A stretch of DNA of 10,907 nucleotides. Origin: an uncultured bacterium. Its GTDB lineage: Bacteria > T1Sed10-126. Location: contig CAZMIT010000006.1 of the NCBI GenBank assembly GCA_964566495.1, positions 24,116 to 35,022 on the forward strand, given 5' to 3'. Under the pieces are notes generated by a model, which had not been told where the DNA came from, did not search any database, and saw only the letters and a program-made list of their open reading frames with translations. Positions 6,897 to 10,907 of this stretch are shown piece by piece; the first letter of the stretch is position 1; the number at the start of each line of letters is the position of its first letter. The position numbers were made by a program, and so were the translations under genes.

Positions 6897-6933
6897 CCCT
6901 CTCCCCTGGAGGGAGAGGGTTAGGGTGAGGGGG
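6897..6933. repeat. REP-like palindrome with G-run tail
   Basis: ccctctccc-ctgga-gggagaggg (perfect 9-bp stem) followed by ttagggtgaggggg. Confidence 0.75.
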
Positions 6934-7048
6934 AAAGATGCGGTAAAAGATTCTAAAATTCGTTTGTGGGGGTTGAAACACCAAGATATGAACTGTAAAC
7001 TATCCTGAGATGTTATCCGAAGAAAATATTTCCGACCTGGTGATCTAT

Positions 7049-7666
7049 ATGAAACTGCCGCGCTACATTGCCTTTGCCGACCAAGTATGCTGTCCGGAGA
7101 CGCTACCAGCACGGATCAATCGTCTTTATCAACTCGGAGTCCCTGCTGTTCGCCTGCGCGTTCCTGAGGCTAGCGACAGGCAGAAGCTGGACTGGCTTCA
7201 AAAAATAAAAAAGCCGGCCGGCTCCCTGCTGCTTGTCAGCGACCGGCCCGACCTCGCCCGGCTCTCCTCTGCTGACGGCGTCCACCTAACTGCCGGCGGG
7301 CTCGATGCTTTCAGCGTCCGACGACTGCTGAACGACAGTTTTCTCGTCGGCGCCTCAACCCACAGCCTGACCGAAGTTCGCAACGCCGCTTCGCTGGGCC
7401 TCGATTACGTTATCTTCAGTCCTATCTTCCCGACTCCCAGCAAGCCTGATCTAAAGGAAAAGGACTGTCACGGGCTGGAAGGTCTACAGCAAGCGGCCGA
7501 TGCGACTTCTTTGCCCGTTTATGCACTGGGCGGAATAACCGCTGAAAGAATCCCCGCCTGCCTGCAGGCCGGCGCTTATGGCGCCGCCGGCATCAGCGCT
7601 CTCTTCGCCCCCACCGACCCCACCAAAAACTGGAAAAAAATAAAATCAGCTCTTAATGAATTATAA
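7049..7666 (+). CDS. Thiamine phosphate synthase (ThiE/TenI) family protein, non-canonical
   Basis: DRPDLA, ADGVHL, GASTHS, DYVIFSPIFPTPSK and PVYALGGIT. ATG 7049 follows GGTGA. Confidence 0.85.
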   Translation: MKLPRYIAFADQVCCPETLPARINRLYQLGVPAVRLRVPEASDRQKLDWLQKIKKPAGSLLLVSDRPDLARLSSADGVHLTAGGLDAFSVRRLLNDSFLVGASTHSLTEVRNAASLGLDYVIFSPIFPTPSKPDLKEKDCHGLEGLQQAADATSLPVYALGGITAERIPACLQAGAYGAAGISALFAPTDPTKNWKKIKSALNEL

Positions 7667-7668
7667 GA

Positions 7669-7719
7669 ACTTACGCCCACTCGCCCGCTCCCCCCATCGC
7701 CCCATCGCCATTTCACGCC
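7669..7719. repeat. Degenerate 8-mer TCGCCC array between convergent stop codons
   Basis: Units at 7674, 7682, 7690, 7698 and 7706. tcgccccatcgcc is shared exactly with 2802-2814, and acttacgccc with 2921-2930. Confidence 0.8.
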
Positions 7720-7720
7720 A

Positions 7721-9541
7721 CTACAAACTCTGATACTCATGCAGTCGCTGATAGGTCTCCGACGTCTCTAAAAGCTCACCGTGGGGACCAATCGCTTCAA
7801 TTGTCCGATCGGCAAGCACCACTATCCTGTCGACGTGCTGCACCGTCGCCAGAGCGTGAGAAATGGTAACCAGCGTCAAATCCTTCGGCAGCTTCCCAAT
7901 CGCCCGCAGAATCGCCTCCTCGGACTCGCTGTCCACGTCCGAGGTTGCCTCATCCAAAACTAGGAGGTCAGGCTCATCGACCAGCGCCCGGGCCAGCGTC
8001 ACCCGCTGCGCCTGGCCGCCCGAAAGCCGCACTCCCCGCTCACCGACTCGAGTTGCAAACCCCTCCGGTAGCTCTTCTATAAATTTCAACGCCTCCGCCT
8101 GCTTCGCCGCCCGGCGGATTTCTGTTTCAGATATCGACTTCCTGCCGTAGATTATATTATCAGCTATCGTCGCGTCGAAAAGTATCGGCGCCTGAGTTAC
8201 CAGGCCAAACATACGCCGGTAGGCCCGAACATCAAACTCCCGCAGGTCCTCACCGTCCAGCGTTAACCGCCCCTCGGTCGGGTCGTAAAAACGCATCAGC
8301 AGGTCTATCGTCGTTGATTTACCCGCGCCGCTGGCACCAACAAAAGCAATCCGTTCCCCACGCTCAATCTCTAAATCAAGATCGTGCAAGGCATATTCGC
8401 TGATGTTCGGATATTGAAAACTTACATCCTCAAATTTTATTGCCCGTTCAAAGACAGGCTGACGGCCGTTTGAATCCATCAGGGAGTACTGTTTCCTGGT
8501 TTCAGCAAAAATAACCTGGACCCGCTCGGCAGCTCCACGCGCCGACTGCAGGTCAGTATAGACACCGGAAACCTTACGCAACGGCTTGTAAACCCAGAAG
8601 AGCGAGACGACAAAGACAATCAGTCCGTGCGGACTGAGCACTTCCCACTTAAATATCATCAATCCGCCCAGGTAGAGCACACCGATACCGACCGCATAAA
8701 TCAAAAGATGAAGTACCGACTTAAGTCCTTTGTCGGCGACAATCTTGCGCCGCCTTTTGCGATAAAACTGCTCGTTTCGCTTCTGAAAATAATCCTTTTC
8801 GTCCTCTTCAGTGCCCAGCGACTTAACCAGTTTAATGCCGGCAAAACGTTCCTGCATCAAACTCACCATATCGCCCAGCACATCCTGCGACTGGCGGCTG
8901 TATTTTTTTATCTTCTGTCCTGCTTTCGCGACAATTGCCGCACAAATAGGAATGATTATAAAAGCCGGGGCCAGTATCGGAGCGGCATAAATAGCCACAG
9001 CAACGACAAAAATTATCTCCATCGGCGACTGCGCAAGTTGGCGGATTGCCCCGTTAATCGCGGACTTTAGCCGGTTCACGTCGGAGGCTACCCGGCTCAT
9101 CAAATCGCCCACGTTGCGCGTCTCAAAAAAACTCAACGGCCGGTCCATTATATCGTCATACAACTCCTGGCGGATATCCTTGGTCACCGCCAGGGCCAGC
9201 ACCTTCATTGTCACCTTGTTCCCCAGTTCAGCCAAAATCTCCACGCCCAGGATGAAAAACGCAACCACCAGGACAGCCTGGAGAATCTGAAACGGGGTCC
9301 CCTCCATTACGGTAAACACGTGTCCTTCGGGCAGGTAGTAGGGAATTCGGGGCACTTCAATCGTCAGCCGGTGCTGAATGTCTCCCTCAAAAATTTCCCG
9401 GGTAACTTCATGCAGCAGGTAAAGAACCCCTCCATGGGAAAGCCCGTAAGCAAACATTGAGAAGAGGGCAAAGACCACCCAGTACCAGTAGTGCTTGAGC
9501 CGTTTCCACATCCATTTCATAAATTCCCAGGTCGATCCCAT
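7721..9541 (-). CDS. ABC exporter, fused permease/ATPase, MsbA-like (probable lipid A-core flippase)
   Basis: TM domain plus Walker A GASGAGKST, Q-loop, LSGGQ and Walker B LLVLDEATS. Lies next to a heptosyltransferase gene. ATG 9541 follows GGTGA. Confidence 0.88.
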   Translation of the reverse strand: MGSTWEFMKWMWKRLKHYWYWVVFALFSMFAYGLSHGGVLYLLHEVTREIFEGDIQHRLTIEVPRIPYYLPEGHVFTVMEGTPFQILQAVLVVAFFILGVEILAELGNKVTMKVLALAVTKDIRQELYDDIMDRPLSFFETRNVGDLMSRVASDVNRLKSAINGAIRQLAQSPMEIIFVVAVAIYAAPILAPAFIIIPICAAIVAKAGQKIKKYSRQSQDVLGDMVSLMQERFAGIKLVKSLGTEEDEKDYFQKRNEQFYRKRRRKIVADKGLKSVLHLLIYAVGIGVLYLGGLMIFKWEVLSPHGLIVFVVSLFWVYKPLRKVSGVYTDLQSARGAAERVQVIFAETRKQYSLMDSNGRQPVFERAIKFEDVSFQYPNISEYALHDLDLEIERGERIAFVGASGAGKSTTIDLLMRFYDPTEGRLTLDGEDLREFDVRAYRRMFGLVTQAPILFDATIADNIIYGRKSISETEIRRAAKQAEALKFIEELPEGFATRVGERGVRLSGGQAQRVTLARALVDEPDLLVLDEATSDVDSESEEAILRAIGKLPKDLTLVTISHALATVQHVDRIVVLADRTIEAIGPHGELLETSETYQRLHEYQSL

Positions 9542-9612
9542 CAAATATCACCAATTATTTTCTTAAAATTTTTACTCCATTTTTTCATTTTTCACCCAAA
9601 AAAGGGACCATC

Positions 9613-9621
9613 ATTATAGCA
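9613..9621 (-). promoter_or_regulatory. Extended -10 promoter upstream of the ABC exporter
   Basis: Minus strand TGCTATAAT (TGnTATAAT) in an AT-rich spacer; no good -35 seen. Confidence 0.5.
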
Positions 9622-9676
9622 AAAAAATTGCCTTTATGTACTTCTCAATCCCTTCTGCCAATTTTCCTTTTTATCT

Positions 9677-10675
9677 TTACTGCCACACTTTTTCAGACGC
9701 CGTTAAAACATCAGCCACTTCAATTTCTTCCAGACAGCGATACCTTTTCTCCTCCAGTGGACATTCCCTCTCAAAGCAGGGACTGCATTCAACCCCCGCA
9801 TAAACCACGGCCGTATGCTTACCCAGCGGCGAGGTGAGCTGCGGGCTGCTGGAACCAAAAATCCCCACCGTCGGCGTCCCCAGTCCGGCCGCCAGATGCA
9901 TTAATCCCGAGTCGTTAGCGACGACCAGAGCCGCTCCGGCCAGCACATCCATACACTCGTCCAGCGATGTCTCGCCGGCCAGATTTACAGACTTTACGCT
10001 TTTGCCGGCAAGTTCAAATATTTCATCCGCCAGCCGGCGCTCCGCCTCCACCCCCAGGGCTACCACCGGCAGCTCGTGTCTCTTTACCAGCTCGTTCAAA
10101 AAACGACCGAACTTCGCCGGCGGCCAGCGTTTCGCCGGTCCATAGGCGGCTCCGGGATGAATTGCCATGTAATTTCCAGCGCCGACAATTTCTTCACCCT
10201 TCTCTTGCTCTGCCGTCATCTGTGGCGCCGGAAGCTCTTCCGGTTCTTCGATAAGTCCACCGGCCGCCCGGTAGAATAGCCTCCCGTGATGAATCTGTCG
10301 ATCAGCGCCACGCATTGGCGTCGGATCGGTGAAAAGAAAACTGCGCCAGCGTGTCCCTAACCCGTAGCGGCGCGGAATTCCCGACAACCAGGCCTGAATG
10401 GCCGTTCGCCACGATTTCGGCAATACAACCAGTGCTGTATATCCTCTTTCACGAACTTCTTTCGGATAAATATAAGTTTTGCCGGGCAACTCCCAGACTC
10501 GCCTCACCGACGGCGAGCGCCGGTAGACGGAAGCCACCGAACCACGGCAGACGACGTCGACTTTACCACGTCCGTCACGCTCAGCCAGTTCCTGCAGAGC
10601 AGGCAGCGACATCACGGCGTCTCCAACCCAGTTCGGCCCCCGAACCAGTATCTTTTCTTCATTGTCTTCTCTCAT
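9677..10675 (-). CDS. waaF: LPS heptosyltransferase II-like (glycosyltransferase family 9)
   Basis: KILVRGPNWVGDAVMSLPAL, HPGAAYGPAKRWP, NLAGETSL, NDSGLMHLAAGLGTPTVGIFG and CSPCFERECP. ATG 10675 after GGAG is preferred; 10705 is the alternative. Confidence 0.92.
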   Translation of the reverse strand: MREDNEEKILVRGPNWVGDAVMSLPALQELAERDGRGKVDVVCRGSVASVYRRSPSVRRVWELPGKTYIYPKEVRERGYTALVVLPKSWRTAIQAWLSGIPRRYGLGTRWRSFLFTDPTPMRGADRQIHHGRLFYRAAGGLIEEPEELPAPQMTAEQEKGEEIVGAGNYMAIHPGAAYGPAKRWPPAKFGRFLNELVKRHELPVVALGVEAERRLADEIFELAGKSVKSVNLAGETSLDECMDVLAGAALVVANDSGLMHLAAGLGTPTVGIFGSSSPQLTSPLGKHTAVVYAGVECSPCFERECPLEEKRYRCLEEIEVADVLTASEKVWQ

Positions 10676-10770
10676 CTTTACTCCATCCTCTGCCACAATT
10701 TTCATTACACATTATCTCTTTTTCAAACGGCTCTGTTGAAATCCTTTTTACTATCTAAGAGAGCAAATTA

Positions 10771-10898
10771 GGCTACTCGAAGGTGTTTGATGGATTTATA
10801 GCTGGCAATAGATCCTGGAGGATCTGATTATTGCCAGATATACCTCGGAGATTGACCGGAGGCCAATCAAGAATGAGTCCCAACACCTTTGAGTAGCC
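10771..10898. mobile_element. 128-bp MITE-like element or structured RNA with 17-bp terminal inverted repeats
   Basis: ggctactcgaaggtgtt (10771-10787) and aacacctttgagtagcc (10882-10898) match at 16/17. Internal hairpins at 10797-10842 and 10850-10868. No target-site duplication seen. Confidence 0.55.
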
Positions 10899-10907
10899 GT
10901 CTTCAGC

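Noticed and set aside
6873..7112. 79-aa minus-strand ORF ending PLTLTLSLQGRG
   Set aside because: The C-terminus is the translated REP-like palindrome and the start overlaps the ThiE-like gene in antisense.
10722..10741. Imperfect palindrome ttcaaacggctctgttgaaa upstream of waaF
   Set aside because: Could be an operator or IS-end remnant, but it is short, imperfect and single-copy here.
7781..10758. Plus-strand ORFs inside the ABC exporter and waaF genes (likewise the antisense ORFs over spoVS, ymdB, ACT/def and the ThiE-like gene)
   Set aside because: All overlap well-supported genes on the opposite strand and show no family motifs.

Overview
Bacterial chromosomal window, mostly housekeeping genes. 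The LPS-type genes suggest a diderm. The minus strand carries waaF-like heptosyltransferase, an MsbA-like ABC exporter, a SPOR+NlpC/P60 peptidase, and the string rny-ymdB-spoVS-folD-xseA (xseA is partial and absent from the ORF track). The plus strand carries a double-ACT (GcvR-like) protein with a peptide deformylase, and a degenerate ThiE-like gene. The main oddities are: (1) the RNase Y in the canonical rny-ymdB-spoVS position keeps its TM, coiled coil and KH domain but has lost most HD-domain metal ligands (HD->HA, H->Y, HH->HN, D->N), so it is probably catalytically dead; (2) a ~170-nt rod-shaped RNA (6S-like or leader) lies between a TTGACA-17-TAAGCT promoter and the rny RBS; (3) the rny-ymdB spacer is a ~650-bp mosaic of short-period repeats and palindromes, including a ~125-145-bp element that recurs after def with a conserved core and two hairpins of different sequence; (4) FolD lacks the usual NADP 2'-phosphate residues; (5) a 128-bp MITE-like element and a hairpin/G-quadruplex repeat are present. 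All calls come from manual reading; no searches or folding programs were run.
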